Shown: one piece after another, positions 1 to 12,490 of the stretch
Layout: every line of letters starts with the position of its first letter
How positions within the stretch are numbered: the stretch's first letter is position 1
Origin: Azolla caroliniana
Lineage: Eukaryota; Plantae; Polypodiophyta
NCBI GenBank assembly: GCA_043228905.1
Contig: JBHGNT010000008.1
Location: 5,642,001-5,706,000, forward strand
Direction: 5' to 3'
DNA length: 64,000 bases
Position numbers and translations under genes: made by a program
The notes under the pieces: generated by a model
The model's input: the letters and a program-made list of their open reading frames with translations, nothing else
What the model was told of the DNA's origin: nothing
Databases searched by the model: none

Positions 1-482
1 CTCTCAGAGAGAGAAGGCCCCCCCGTAGATTTCCGGATCTAGGCCGAAACCGGAAATCGTGGAGATAGCCAACACGGAAGGCTAAGTTTGTAAATAGTCT
101 GAACATGCCCCCGTGGGCTAAACTTGTAAACAGTCGAAAGGTTACATTAGTATATAAGTACTTAGAGCAATCATGTTAGATGTGTGCGTGATTTGTAAAG
201 TTACTGTTGATGAGGTTGTTGCCCCTATAACTATGAGAGTGAACGAGTGGGAGTGAAAGCATGTGAGCTCCATAGCCGCCTGTTGGCGAAGTAGGATCTC
301 GAGGTCGTTGCCTCTGAGATCTCTGATTGTATTGCTTTGTCTCATAGTGTTCTGTTTCGGAGTTTGTGGACTCCACGTGGTTTTTCCCAGTTCGGGTTTC
401 CACGTTAAAATCTGTGTCATTCTCAGTTTCTGTATTATGTTTTTCCTTTCCATTAGATTGACTATTATTCCGCACACGTACA
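1..482 (+). mobile_element. Partial LTR related to the copia LTR family at 48792-49329/53134-53806 (left end outside the window)
   Basis: Shares motifs with those LTRs: TTGTAAA...ATTAGTATA...CTTAG(A/G)GCAA and CGTGGTTTTTCCC...GGGTTTCCACGT. It ends in ...GTACA. Bases 483-590 resemble the opposite-orientation end of the same LTR family (CCATCCGGAGGGACCGAA). Confidence 0.5.
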
Positions 483-590
483 ACCGGTTGTGGACGGCAA
501 CGATTTTAACTTCACGGAACCCTTCCGAATCCGGTTCCTTCATCCGGCTCGTCCGGTTCTCATCCGGATCCCATCCGGAGGGACCGAATT

Positions 591-641
591 TGTAAAAACG
601 AAGGTGCGGAAGCTTTAGACAACCGGCTTAGCCGGATAGCA

Positions 642-701
<60 letters not shown>

Positions 702-1063
702 ACACACAGAAGGTACACGGGAGAGACAGAGATAGAGAAAGGGCAGAACAACTTAAATCTATAGTCATAAACTCTGTAAAATTCTCTTTGTATATACAAC
801 GTGCTCAACAACACTATTTATACAAGTCCTAAGAGGATTGACAAAAGTACGGTGGACTTCAATGCTCACACGAGCGTTTGACACTAACTACGAGACATTA
901 ACTACCTTGTAGTCTAGGCTGCTACTAGGCTTCCGGTTACTGCTTGATCCGGCTAACCGGCTCCCTAGCTCACCGGCTCACCAATCCGGCTCATCCTTTT
1001 GGATGTGGATCCGGCTCAGGCTTATTCAGTCGATCCGGATCCGGTTGAGCTTGCCGTTCAACA
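591..1063 (-). repeat. 3' LTR of copia A, containing a long (GA)n tract
   Basis: TG...CA termini directly after a PPT. Its sister LTR is not in the window. Confidence 0.7.
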
Positions 1064-4000
1064 CTCCCTCTCAAGCTCAACTTGAGGTCGGATCATAGTG
1101 TTAGTCTCCATGGCAGCCGGTCCTTCCATCCGGCTCCTTTTGGAATCACTCCGCCTCGCTCGCGCTCCTCGTCCGGTCTGGTCCGGTTCCGTTTGCCGCG
1201 ACCCTTCTGATTTTGTGCACCTCGGCCTCCTCGGTCGGCTTGTCTGCTCAACAGGTCCAATTCAGCTCCCTCGCTGTTGTGACTTCGATGCTTGCCGATT
1301 CGCCGATTCCTTCGTGTTGGCGTCGACTTTCGCCGCATTCTCGTCCTCTTCGCCTTGAATTGATCCGGTTCTTCTGAATCCGTCTGTTGAACCGAATTGG
1401 CTGTCTCGAATTTATTCCAACTCCCGATCCGTCTTCTAGTTCTTCCGAATCCGTCTGAATCGGTCGCTCCCGATTTGTCTTCCGGTTCCAGGCCCTTCAC
1501 CACATCGGACCATGTCCGGGTCTTGGCCTTCTTCTTCCGGTCAGCTCTTTCCTTCTTGACTCTACCACCTTTGCGGCTTGTTCCAACTTGTTTGGATGTG
1601 TCAACTTCCTTTGTCGACTCGGATCCTTTCTTCTTCTTGTCTCTCCCTTTGTCGGCTCTTCCCTCACCGGCACAATCGGTAGTTTCTTTGCCTTTGCCCG
1701 TTCCGGTGTCTTTGCCCATTCTCCCCCTCAAGTGTGGCACGTCGAGATGCTAAACACCAAGCATTTCAGTGAAGTGCTGCATCTTGTCCGATCAGAGCGG
1801 TTTGGTGAAGATGTCGGCAACTTGTTGATCCATATGAACATACTGAAGTTCGACTTTACCGCTCAGGACACGCTCACGCACGAAGTGGTAGTGCACTTCG
1901 ATGTGCTTTGTGCGAGCATGGAATATGGGGTTCTTGGTGAGCTGCATGCTGCTTATGTAGTTGCAGTACATTAGGATCGGGGTTGGCACTTCGATCCGCA
2001 TGTCTTGTAGTAGTCGCCGAAGCCAAATGGCTTCACAGGTGGCAACGGTAGCACCCCGGTATTCAGCCTCAGTGTTGAAAAGGGCCATTGTTGACTGCTT
2101 TTTGCTACTCCACACAATAGCCGCGCTACCAAGGGAAAACATATAGCCGGAGGTGGATCGGAGATCTGATGCATCGCCGGCCCAGTCGGCATCGGTGTAG
2201 CCGACTAGCTATTCGGTTATACCTTGCCGGTATAACAGTCCCCGGTCCTTCGTGCCGCTCACATATCGCAAAATTCGATGCACGCACAGAAGGTGCTCCA
2301 CGGTCGGCTTCTGCATATATTGGCTGATCACGCCACCCGGATAACTGATGTCGGGTCGGGTGATTGTCAAATATATAAGGCTTCCGACGATTTGTCGGAA
2401 CTGCTTCTCATCGTAGGCCGGTTCGGAGTCGGGACGGAGCTTTTGGTTCTGGTCCAGGGGTGTGGAGATTGGTCGGCATTCTGTCATGCTGAACTTGTAC
2501 AACATATTCAACACATAGTGTCTTTGTGAGAGCAATATGCCGTCGGGGGTTCGGATCACCTCGATCCCAAGGAAATAGTGAAGGTCCCCCAGGTCCTTCA
2601 TCTCAAATGCGTCCGACAGCTGGGACTTGACTTGGCTGATTTCATCGAGTCCAGGTCCGGTGATGACTAAATCATCAACATACAGCAAGATGCAAACTGG
2701 ACCATCTAGACCTTGCCGGATGAACAAAGAAGAGTCGGACTTAGAGACTGCAAACCCCATCTTATGCAACCGGTGCATGATCTTCGCATTCCAAGCTTGG
2801 GGGGCTTGCTTCAGGTCATAAAGTGACTTCTTCAGCTGGCATACCGCCGACTTGTTCATCTCCGACTGGAAACCGAGGGGTTGGATCATAAAGACCTTTT
2901 CTTCAAGATCGCCTTGAAGAAATGCATTCTTCGCGTCTATCTAGTGAAGATGCCACCCCCTTGCCGCTGCAACCGCTAGCACCACACAAACCGTCGTCAT
3001 CTTCGTTACCGGAGCGAAGGTCTCGTCGTAGTCAATTCCGTGGGTCAGCGCGTATCCCTTCGCCACTAACCGGGTCTTGTACAGGTTAACCGAACTGTCG
3101 ACATTGTACTTTACCTTGTACACCCACTTACATCCGATTGGTTTACAGTGTCGGGGAGGGTCAACTAGGTCCCATGTGTTGTTGGCATCAAGTGCCCGCA
3201 TTTCTTCTTCCATAGCGGCACGCCAATTTTCATCCTTTGCCGCTTCTGCGTATGTACTTATTGTACCCATACCGCTTCACAGGGTTCTTCTGGCGGGAAG
3301 ACCGGCGTAACTTATCGTTACCCGGTTTGAGGCCCTTCTTGGCCGGTTCGGACTCCATTCCCGAAGATCCACCTTCATCCTTTCCGAAGTCGGATTCGCT
3401 CCGATCTGACTCAACGTTGCCGGTTTCGTATTCTGACATCTTCTTCTTCCCCATCTCTTTGCGCGTGAACCGTCTCCTTGGTTGCTTGTGCGCAGAGAGC
3501 ACGGTAGAGTCTCCACTACTCGCCGGTTCCTCATCCGACTGGTCATCCCGACTCAGCTGCTCGTTCGGACCGCTCAACCGAAACGATTCTAGACTCACAT
3601 CTAGAGTCTCGAACCCTTTGTCTTCTAACTGGACCGGTTCATGCTCATTAGCCTCATCCTCCGGTATCGGGTCGGGGTCGGAAGTCGGAGCCGGTAAGGC
3701 ATACCATGATGCCGTCTCATCAAACTCAACATCCCGGCTTTCTCGGACCTGCTTCGTCCAGGGGTTATAACACTTATACCCCTTTTGCTCATGCGAGTAA
3801 CCGATCAGGATGCATTTCTCCGACTTTGCATCCAACTTCCTCCGCTTCTCATCCGGCACATGCACATATGCAATACTACCAAATATCCGAAGGTGTTTCA
3901 AATTTGGCTTGCGCCCAAAATATAGCTCATGCGCGAACACCTTGTCACCGATCCGGTTTTGGATATAGACGGTCGTCCGGACTACCTCAGCCCAGTAGAA

Positions 4001-4278
4001 TTTGGGCATGCTCTTCTCCTCCAACATCGCCCTTGCTGCGTCAATAATCGACCGGTTCTTCCTTTCGGCCACACCGTTTTGCTCCGGTGTGTATCTGCAG
4101 TTGAACTCTCTCCGAATTTCTTTCTATTGCAGATCAATGTTGAATTGGCCGGAAAAATATTCTTTTCCGCCATATGACCGCAGACACTTGATCTTCCTCT
4201 CCGTTTCCCATTCAACCAGACTTTGTAGTTTCCGAAAACACTCGAAGACTTCGTTCTTTCGCTCAATGAGGTAGATCC

Positions 4279-6803
4279 TGATATACGTTTTAGGGTTAGG
4301 GTAAATGGTAATGATGATTGGTGATGGAGATGGTGTGTTTGATGAGGATGATGAGCATTATGGGATTGATGGTGAGAGATCATGAAGATGCAAGACAAGC
4401 ATTGACAAGCATTGCAGGGTGGGGGGTGTTGCCTAGAATGGCTCCACCCCCCTCCCAAGGGGGTTCAACGTTAGGGGAGAGAGAGAGAGAGAGAGAGAGA
4501 AATGGTTATTGTTTTCTTCATTCATTCCCCATAAGGGGTTAAATAGGTACAAAGGGGTAGATCCACAAGGGTGCAAGCCCCCTTGGCATTCACACCTAGT
4601 CACTCACTCACACCTCTTTGTATCTACCTCACTCACACTTACATTCACACTCATAATCATATAAAATCACACATACATATCAACACATTACATCTTTCAC
4701 CCTCACTTATCACACTTATTCATCACCCGTACATCTCGTACGGTAACACAATATGGCACGCCCGTGGGAGAGTGCCTTGCACGTCGATCCCACATGCCTT
4801 GATCATAACCTTTCTTCGATCAGAACTTCCGTCGGTCCTCTCAACGATCGACTCCCTCGATCGGAGCGCTTGACTCGAACATCTCCATCGGTTAGCGAAT
4901 CTTCCGCAACACGAACATTCTCGTTCTGTCGACTTACGAACTTTGGTATCCTCTTTCGGGTCCTTAAAAACGTTGTGTGTATGTATATCTTCCTTTCGTT
5001 GATTTTGTGAGTTGTGTGTGGATCACATCCATTTCTTTTAGGTTCATGAGTTTTCGAAATCCCGTAGGTGCCCTTTGGTTTTTAAAATTCTATCATGTAC
5101 CCTGATGTTTTAAAAGTTATACTTCATACCCCTTAAATGTTTTAAAATTTCGTGGATGCCCTCATCTCCTTTTTTCCCTCTGTCTTTTTTTTGTTTGCTT
5201 CTGTCTCTCCCGCTCGTGTCTATCTGTCCATGCCTTTCTCTTCATCCATGAATCCTTCTTTCTCTTCCTTCTCTGTTCATCAACGACTACATCTCCTTCC
5301 GCTTCTTCTTGGTCTTCGTCGTCGTCTTCTTCTTCTATGCATTTCTCTTCTCTCATCTTCTTATTTTTTGCATGTTTGCAGCTTTCTTCTTTGCGTTGTC
5401 TTTGTTTTGGTTGTTGTGGTTGGTCGTTTGTCCAGCCCATCTGGCCATTCTGGCCACTGTTTGGCTATTCCGGCCGCTTTGGCCGCTCGTCTGTCTCCAT
5501 CTCCCTCCGTGGCCATCTCCGACTGCTGCTATCGTCCTTGTTCGGCAGCCTCCGTTCCAGCGCTATTCGGCCACTACGACCGCTCTTAGGTCGCTCTTCG
5601 GCCTCTCCTCCGTCTCGGTCGGTGTATGGTCGTTGTCATCATCTTCTGACTGTACGTTCGGTCTGTCATCCCGGGCGTTTGTCTGTTTCTCCGTCTGTTT
5701 GGCCCTCGGTGGCTCGACTACTCCAACCTTTGTCTAGCTATTCCGGCCGGTTCGGTTGCTTTTCAGATGTTGTCGGTCACTCCTACCGCTTCGTCTATTG
5801 TCCGGCAACTTTGACTTCTCTTCATTTTCCGATTCGATAGTCCTATCCGACCCGTTTCGACGTCTCTGTCGCCGTTGCTCATCCGTCTCTATCCAGGCCT
5901 GTCCGCCGGCTCCATCATCATCTCCAATCGTCTCCAATGCCATCTTTATCGGTTCATTTGTCTGGCCTATGCTTGCCTGTCTTTTCTGCCGTGTCTGTAT
6001 GTCTCTTCGTCTCCATCCATTTTTGTTTTTCTAGACAACGCCATCATGCTCTTTTCTTTCTCTTTTCTTTTGCGATTAGATTCGTGCCAAATAGACCCAA
6101 CCTAAACCAACAAAACACACTCGAAATACCATTGTTCGCAGCGAAATCGTGTAGTAGAGAATAGTTTCACTCGCACATACTTTCGCCGAAACATCGTCAC
6201 CGTCATTTGCATGTTTTTGCCATTTCTTGCACTTAGTCGCTATTGGCTTGTATTGCCGCGTATCATTCTTCGACTCCATCTCCAAAGGGGGTTTGCCTTA
6301 GTGGTCACCAAATGTGTTGTACGTTTTAGGGTTACGGTAAATGGTAATGATGATTGGTGATGGAGATGGTGTGTTTGATGAGGATGATGAGCGTTATGGG
6401 ATTGATGGTGAGTGATCATGAAGATGCAAGACAAGCATTGACAAGCATTGCGGGGTGGGGGGTGGTGCCTAGAATGGCTCCACCCCCTTCCCAAGGGGGT
6501 TCAACGTTAGGGGAGAGAGAGAGAGAGAGGAATATGTCAAAGAGAGAGAGAGAGAAATGGTTATTGTTTTCTTCATTCATTCCCCATAAGGGGTTAAATA
6601 AGTACAAAGGGGTAGATCCACAAGGGTGCAAACCCCCTTGGCATTCACATCTAGTCACTCACTCACACCTCTTTGTATCTACCACACTCACACTTACATT
6701 CACACTCATAATCATATAATATCACACATACATATCAGCACATTACATCTTTCACCCTCACTTATCACACTTATTCATCACCCATATATCTCGTACGGTA
6801 ACA
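4279..6803 (+). mobile_element. Non-autonomous LTR retroelement (LARD/TRIM-like), 2.5 kb, with a non-coding interior
   Basis: LTRs 4279-4748 and 6315-6803 (TG...CA). 5-bp TSD GATCC at 4274-4278 and 6804-6808. PBS-like TGGCACGCCCGTGGGA at 4754-4769. No gag/pol motifs inside. Orientation is inferred from the PBS and a TTAAATAGG TATA-like box. Confidence 0.9.
4754..4769 (+). promoter_or_regulatory. Primer binding site, tRNA-Arg type
   Basis: TGGCACGCCCGTGGGA 5 nt after the LTR end. It resembles the complement of the plant tRNA-Arg(UCU) 3' end, recalled from memory. Confidence 0.7.
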
Positions 6804-7544
6804 GATCCATGTGTGCCGGCTGTAGTCGTCAATGAAGGAGACGAAGTATCGGCTCCCGCCAAGACTAACGTTCTGTGCTAGTTCCCATACATCCGAATGC
6901 ATAAGGTCAAGCTTGTTACGGCTATAGTTTCGTTCGGTGGGGAATGGAAGCCGGTGTTGATTCCCGAGTTGGCAGGCTTCACATATTTGGGACTTCCGGC
7001 CACTGAACTTCGGCAAACCGAAAACAACTTGTTTCGTTTGCAGGTCTTGAAGCCACCGGTAATTGACGTGGTTGATCTGCTTGTGCCAGAAATCAATATC
7101 TGATTCAATCTTCTGTCCTTTGGCGAAAAAAGCGGTGCCGACATCATTGGTGTCGAGGATGAACATCCTCCCATCTCTGTGCCCTTGCGCAATAATCTGG
7201 CCCTCTTCCTCGATGAAGCACCCAAGGTGTGTAAACCGCACTTGCATCCCCTGGTCAACGATCTAACTGACTAACACCAACTTAGCTCCTGTAGACCTCC
7301 ATTGCTCACGGCCCCATAGGATTCACTTCGATCTGACGTGGTTGCTTCTATGCCATATTCTAGCATTTTCTTCTTGCCCTTCTCTCTACGGGTAAACCAT
7401 CTCTTGAGCTTCACCCTCAGGGATTGCACGACTGAGTCTTTGTAGCTCACCGGAATGTCAAATGGTTGGCCATTCTGGCTCAGCTCCTTGTTCAACCCGC
7501 TTAACTGAAATGAGAGTGCCGATTTCTTCCTCATCTAAATTGTC

Positions 7545-10130
7545 TGATTCATCCGCTTAGCAATTCCGTTCTGCTCCCGACTGTGGGGTGCTGTATATTC
7601 ATGTCGTATGCCACGTTGTTGGCAGAATTTGACGAATACTTCAAATTTGAAATCTCCTCCATTATCGGTCCGAAAGCATTTCAGCTTTCGGCCAAACTAA
7701 TTCTCGACCATAGGTGAGCCAATCGGACAAAATCGAGAACACTCGATCTTTGGTCTTTATCGGATACGCCCACACCTTCCGAGTCGAGTCGTCAATAAAG
7801 CTAACGAAATACAAGGCACCGCCGAGAGACTGATGTGGCATAGGACCATAGACGTCCGAGTGGACCAAGTCAAGGGGACTCAATTCTCTCAGTTCTGATG
7901 TCGGATGTGATGCGGTTATCTGTTTGCCGTACTGGCAATGCTCGCAGAACTGATGATCAGAGAAGGAGAGTTTAGGGATGTATCCGGCTCTAGATAAATG
8001 CGTGATGCCGGCCTTGCTGAGGTGTTCGAGTCGTCCATGCCAAAGTGATGACACAGGAATGTCGACCAAGAATAAGTCACCCTATCTGAGTGTGACATGT
8101 AACGGGTACAACAAGTGTACTTTCGGTCCTCGAGCAAGTAGGAGGTTTCCCCTGTGGAGTGTCCACCCTCCTGATGAGAAGCCAACATAGTTGCCATCTT
8201 CGTCCAGTTGTCCGACTGAGATCGAAGGTCTCGAGAGCTCAGGTACGCGTCGGACATTGTGCAGTACCAATGTAGAGCCACCCGAAAGGTTGAGCTCTAC
8301 TGTGGAGATTCAAATAATCACACAATGCTGCGAATTTCCAACTTGGACTAAGTCGGAATGTCGGGCTGAGTATTGCAGAAATTGGGATCGATGAGGGGTT
8401 ACGTGTTATGAAGTGCCTGAGTCCAAGAGCCAAGTGCTTGACTCTTCAGTCGTAAGAAGAACTTCTAATTTGTTCAGGTCGTTTGACAATACCTTAGCTG
8501 AGGAGCCGACGTAGTTTGACAATACCTCAGTTGTGAAGAACCTCTTCCTCGGTTGTTCGATCGGTCGGTCAAACCTTATACTACATATGCATTATTGGCT
8601 GAATCGTTTGCAAATGATTTCCTCCGAGCTGCTTTAGTTAGAATTGTGCTCGTCACTGAGGAGTATTTAACGGTCGTAGTAGATGCGTTGCACACGGTTG
8701 TGACGAAAGTTTCCCACGAAGGGGGAAGGCTACTCATAAGCAACATTGCTCTTAGTTCATCCTCGCTAATCGTCCCTTGAGCCGAAATTTGGGAGCTCAG
8801 ACTTTCGTACTCGTTAAGGTGTGCTTGGACCGAATTTGATTATGTCATCCGAAGGTTATGAAAGCACCGTATCAAATATATCTTCATAGCAACGACCTTT
8901 TTTTCGTAGGTGTCCAAGAGTGTCTTCAATTGGAAGGCAGTCGAACACGATTGCATCGTGAAGTACACAGACTCCGATAGGTGCATCCGAATGGTGGCTC
9001 AAACAATTCTGTCGAGCTTCTCCCATTCAAGTGGCTTGTATCCTTCTTGAGCATTTTTGTTTTTGATGGGGTCAATTTGCCCCTTGACTATTATATAGTC
9101 TTGCATCTTCTCCTTCCAGAAGTTGAAGTTCGATCCGTCGAACTTCCTTAGACTCATTTCTAACGAGCCGGATGTTGATGCTACCTGTGTCGAATTTGGG
9201 AGGCTTTGTTCGGGGTTGGCTACGAATAGTGGTTGGGTGTAGTAGACTGGCTCGCCCAAATTCGTTCTAGTCGATTTTGAACACAAGCCGAATCTTATTC
9301 GAAATTCGGGAGACTCGATTTGAAGTGACTATGGTTGACTAGCTTTGTTGAGTTGGACCCGAGTATGCCGATTTGATTTCAAATGACGATTCTGAGATTT
9401 CTGAACACAGAGTATGACATGCCGATTATCTAGACTGATCCTGCTTCAGGTGACTACGACAATGAGAGGAATAGATTCAGCTAATCCTTTCGAATATTGT
9501 CTTGCCAACTAAAGCAAGGAAGGGGGTTGTTCCTAGAGCCTAGACAACTACGAGTGATTACGACAAGTGAGTGACTAGCGTCAGGTGACCTATTCGATCG
9601 TTGTCTAATCCAATGTAGTACGATTGAGGTAAAGATGTGAAGCAAAATCTCACTCCGAGCGGCTACAATCACAGGAGTGAAGTGCAACCGATTGGCTCAC
9701 TTCAATGGTGATTTAGAACAGTGGAGTGCAGATTCTGCCGGTGTCTCTCTTCGCAAAAACGGTGTGCAGAAGAGTATGCAACCAAGATCTTCACGGTGTA
9801 CAGAAGAAGAGTTGTTGATGGAAACTAGATAGACGGCAACAGTAGAATCGAAAGAACCTCGAGCTCTGATACCAAATGTTGGAGACACGGTCGTCTAGTG
9901 CGGAACAAATCAATACTCTTCTAATAGAAGATCAATAAGTAGATACAATCACAGGAGTGAAGTGGCAACAAAGATATAAAACAATGATCCACATAGAATG
10001 CAAGAGAGAGAGAGGCGCTAGCCACAAGATGAACTACATTATATCAACCCCGTTCAATCAGGTTACAAGGTCAGTTTATATACTGACTAACTTAGGGCAA
10101 CTGCCTTTCTCACTATTTACATAAATTCAC
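7545..10130 (-). mobile_element. Second decayed Ty1/copia (5' part: LTR, PBS, gag, protease, start of integrase)
   Basis: tRNA-Met(i) PBS TGGTATCAGAGC at 9863-9874, next to an LTR terminus at 9877. Gag KFDGSNFNFWK (8999-9286) and LWHGRLEH...CEHC...LDLVHSDVYGP (7662-8069). The outer LTR boundary is uncertain. Confidence 0.75.
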
Positions 10131-11449
10131 AAGTTAAAATAAACTATAAATTTAGAACCATTATAAAAATACAAAATACAAAATAACAAATAAAAATTAA
10201 CCATAAAAACTAAAATAAATAAATAAATAATAAAAATGACTAGGGTATCTCCTGAATGGGGACGGTCAAAGAGGTTGGGTGAGTAGACGGGTCAAGTGGT
10301 TGGCGGTCTAAGTGAGGTGAGGTAGGGTCAGGGGGGAAAAGTTGCTCGTGTGCGATAGGACTTATGCATGGGGAGTGGAGATTGATGGGGACCTGAGTTA
10401 TGGAGGAAATTAGGGGGTTTGTGGTGGGTTTGAGGCTGGGTGTGTGCCGGGATGTTTTTAGGCAGGGGGGGGTGGGGGATGTGTTGTCCGTGTGTTGTCT
10501 GGGCCATCATCGTGACATCATTTTGGGGGGTAAAAAGGGGGCTTGAAAGGTAGGTCTCTGTGGATTTTGACCTTCCAAGTGCTGAATCTAGCCAATGCCT
10601 ATTGACTAAACTTGGGCGAGGTGTTTGGTTGATGTACGGAGTCGTTGAGTGTTCCGTGCAATCGCGGGTGGGAAATGGACTTCCTTTAGGGACCCAAAAT
10701 CAATTGGCACCTTTGTGGCAACCTTGGGCATATGTGAGCTCTTTTCAGACTCACCAGACGACACGTTCCCCTTAGCATGGTCCTTCGGCGAAAGTCGCGT
10801 GGACGTTCACGCACTTGTACGGCCTACACTTCCTTGTTCCGATGTTGGCATTACTCTGGACTTGGGTGATTGGTAGTTGTGGGAGCTCATTTTGTTTGGA
10901 TGTTTTCATGGTTTGGAGTTCATTGAGTTTTTCTGACTTCACACCATTTACAATTTGGAAGGAAACAGTATTCTTGCTTGCTGATAGTAGACACTCACTC
11001 ACTTGGCTTTCGTCCTTTGTATTGGTCTGTCTCTGTTTTGGTGTGAGGATGGTGACATTGAAACATGAAATCGTGTCCCTGTCTTCATCACAACACTTTG
11101 TATCGATAGGGTACATGGCATCAGTCATGGCGAGAGCGTGTACCCAATTCATCTCTAACGAATCAAAGGCTACAGATGTGTCTTCCCTCACATTCTTTGC
11201 CTTGGGGGTAGTAGGCCTTTGGGATAGCGGTTGGCCTCTGGCCAAGATCTAAATTGTCTTTGTGGGTGGTAGTCAAGGAGGTTGGTCTCGAACTTGGTGG
11301 TCTCTGACCAATCGTCAACTAGGGGTTTGCCTTCTTGTTCTGTGGACTTTTTGCGTGTACGCCTTGATGCGAAATGTTTTGTTGTTTTTCCGCATATAAA
11401 TTGTGTCATTCCCGAAGTCCATCACGAGGCAACTTACTCTTAGAATCTA

Positions 11450-11764
11450 TCATCCTAGTAAACACTCATAAACCACGTGATTAGATGATCTTGTGACAAC
11501 AAAGGTAATATTGAAGTCGACCCCATGGATAGTGAAGTTGGGTGTCGGGACCATTTGGAGCTTAACATTTGAAGGAAGTATTTTTGGGCTGCCCCACTTA
11601 CACCAACATTCATAGTTGACTGTGCTTACCCCTGCCCCAGTGTCAATAATTGCGTCACAAGTCATGCCATTGACACAAACGGGGAGAGTGAAACTAGTAT
11701 TGTCACTCTCGAAATGAGCTCCACATATATCTACTGGTATTTCTATGGGTTGTTTGCGGTGCAA
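11450..11764 (-). pseudogene. Retropepsin-like aspartic protease remnant
   Basis: AIIDTGAGVS catalytic motif and C-terminal CLLG. It is isolated and abuts a truncated LTR. Confidence 0.7.
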
Positions 11765-12490
11765 GGAATAGGTTCATAGGTGCACGAAGAGTAACAGGCT
11801 TACAAAGCAACGTGTATCGTTGGGGTGTGAAGGGAGATGGCTACAACCGAAGTTCACCAGTGCATAATCTCGTATACACACTCACCCTACAATTACTAGC
11901 CGACAATTACCAATAGAGTACTAAACCAAAGCAATAGAAGACTTACACAGACACGAGAATCAAAGAAGATAGCACTGTATTACCAAAAGGGTAGCTCCCA
12001 AAATACACGCTAACTCTTACAGAGGATTTCCGCCCTTTATATACACAGGGCTTTTAGTCCATTACGCTCCTAGCGTGAACTGTTACATACATTTCTTTAA
12101 CGCCCGGGGGCTTCACTGTCAAAACTTGTATGATAGCACGTGAGTTCATCAAAAGGGGTTTTAATTAACCATTGAGATACAAAATATATATATGTAAGGG
12201 TATTAATAAATACATAAAAAATATATTTACATAAGGGTGTTATCAATTATGCTATATGAAAAAATTACATAAGCCCATTAAATATTAGATATTTCAATGA
12301 GATAGTAAATAATATATTATGGAAACAATAGTCAATTTTGGAGTAGCATACATACATACATGCATGATGCACATATACCTACATTCAAACATTACATCCA
12401 TGAATATGTATATACATGCATTACACACATTTATACATGCATACTGACTAAACATGAATATATTTACAAATATATATTACCATATATAAA

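Larger units (their letters stand above)
1093..7247 (-). pseudogene. pol: Copia pol pseudogene (integrase-RT-RNase H) with an in-frame basic C-terminal extension
   Basis: Motifs SFIDDYSRHTWI, AERKNR, KPIGCKWVYKVK, LLYVDDL and [16 protein letters not shown], with several stops and frameshifts. The integrase frame resumes across the 4279-6803 insertion (TWI|YLIERKNEVF). Confidence 0.85.
591..7270 (-). mobile_element. Ty1/copia LTR retrotransposon A, 5'-truncated and decayed, interrupted by the element at 4279-6803
   Basis: 3' LTR 591-1063 (TG...CA) with PPT TTGAGAGGGAG at 1064-1074. Minus-strand ORFs in copia order: GAG-pre-integrase/integrase (6771-7247, 3230-4072), RT (2941-3270, 2209-2889, YVDD) and RNase H (1792-2142). 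Confidence 0.9.

Noticed and set aside
4288-4302. Telomere-like TTTAGGGTTAGGG at LTR starts (also ~6324)
   Set aside because: Only two units and part of the LTR, so at most a telo-box and not an interstitial telomere array.
5152-6105. Overlapping ORFs inside the non-autonomous element
   Set aside because: Low-complexity pyrimidine-rich sequence that is open in several frames, with no gag or pol motifs.
10240-11440. ORFs downstream of the isolated protease
   Set aside because: No recognisable RT or other domain. Probably decayed retroelement interior, but I cannot support a call.
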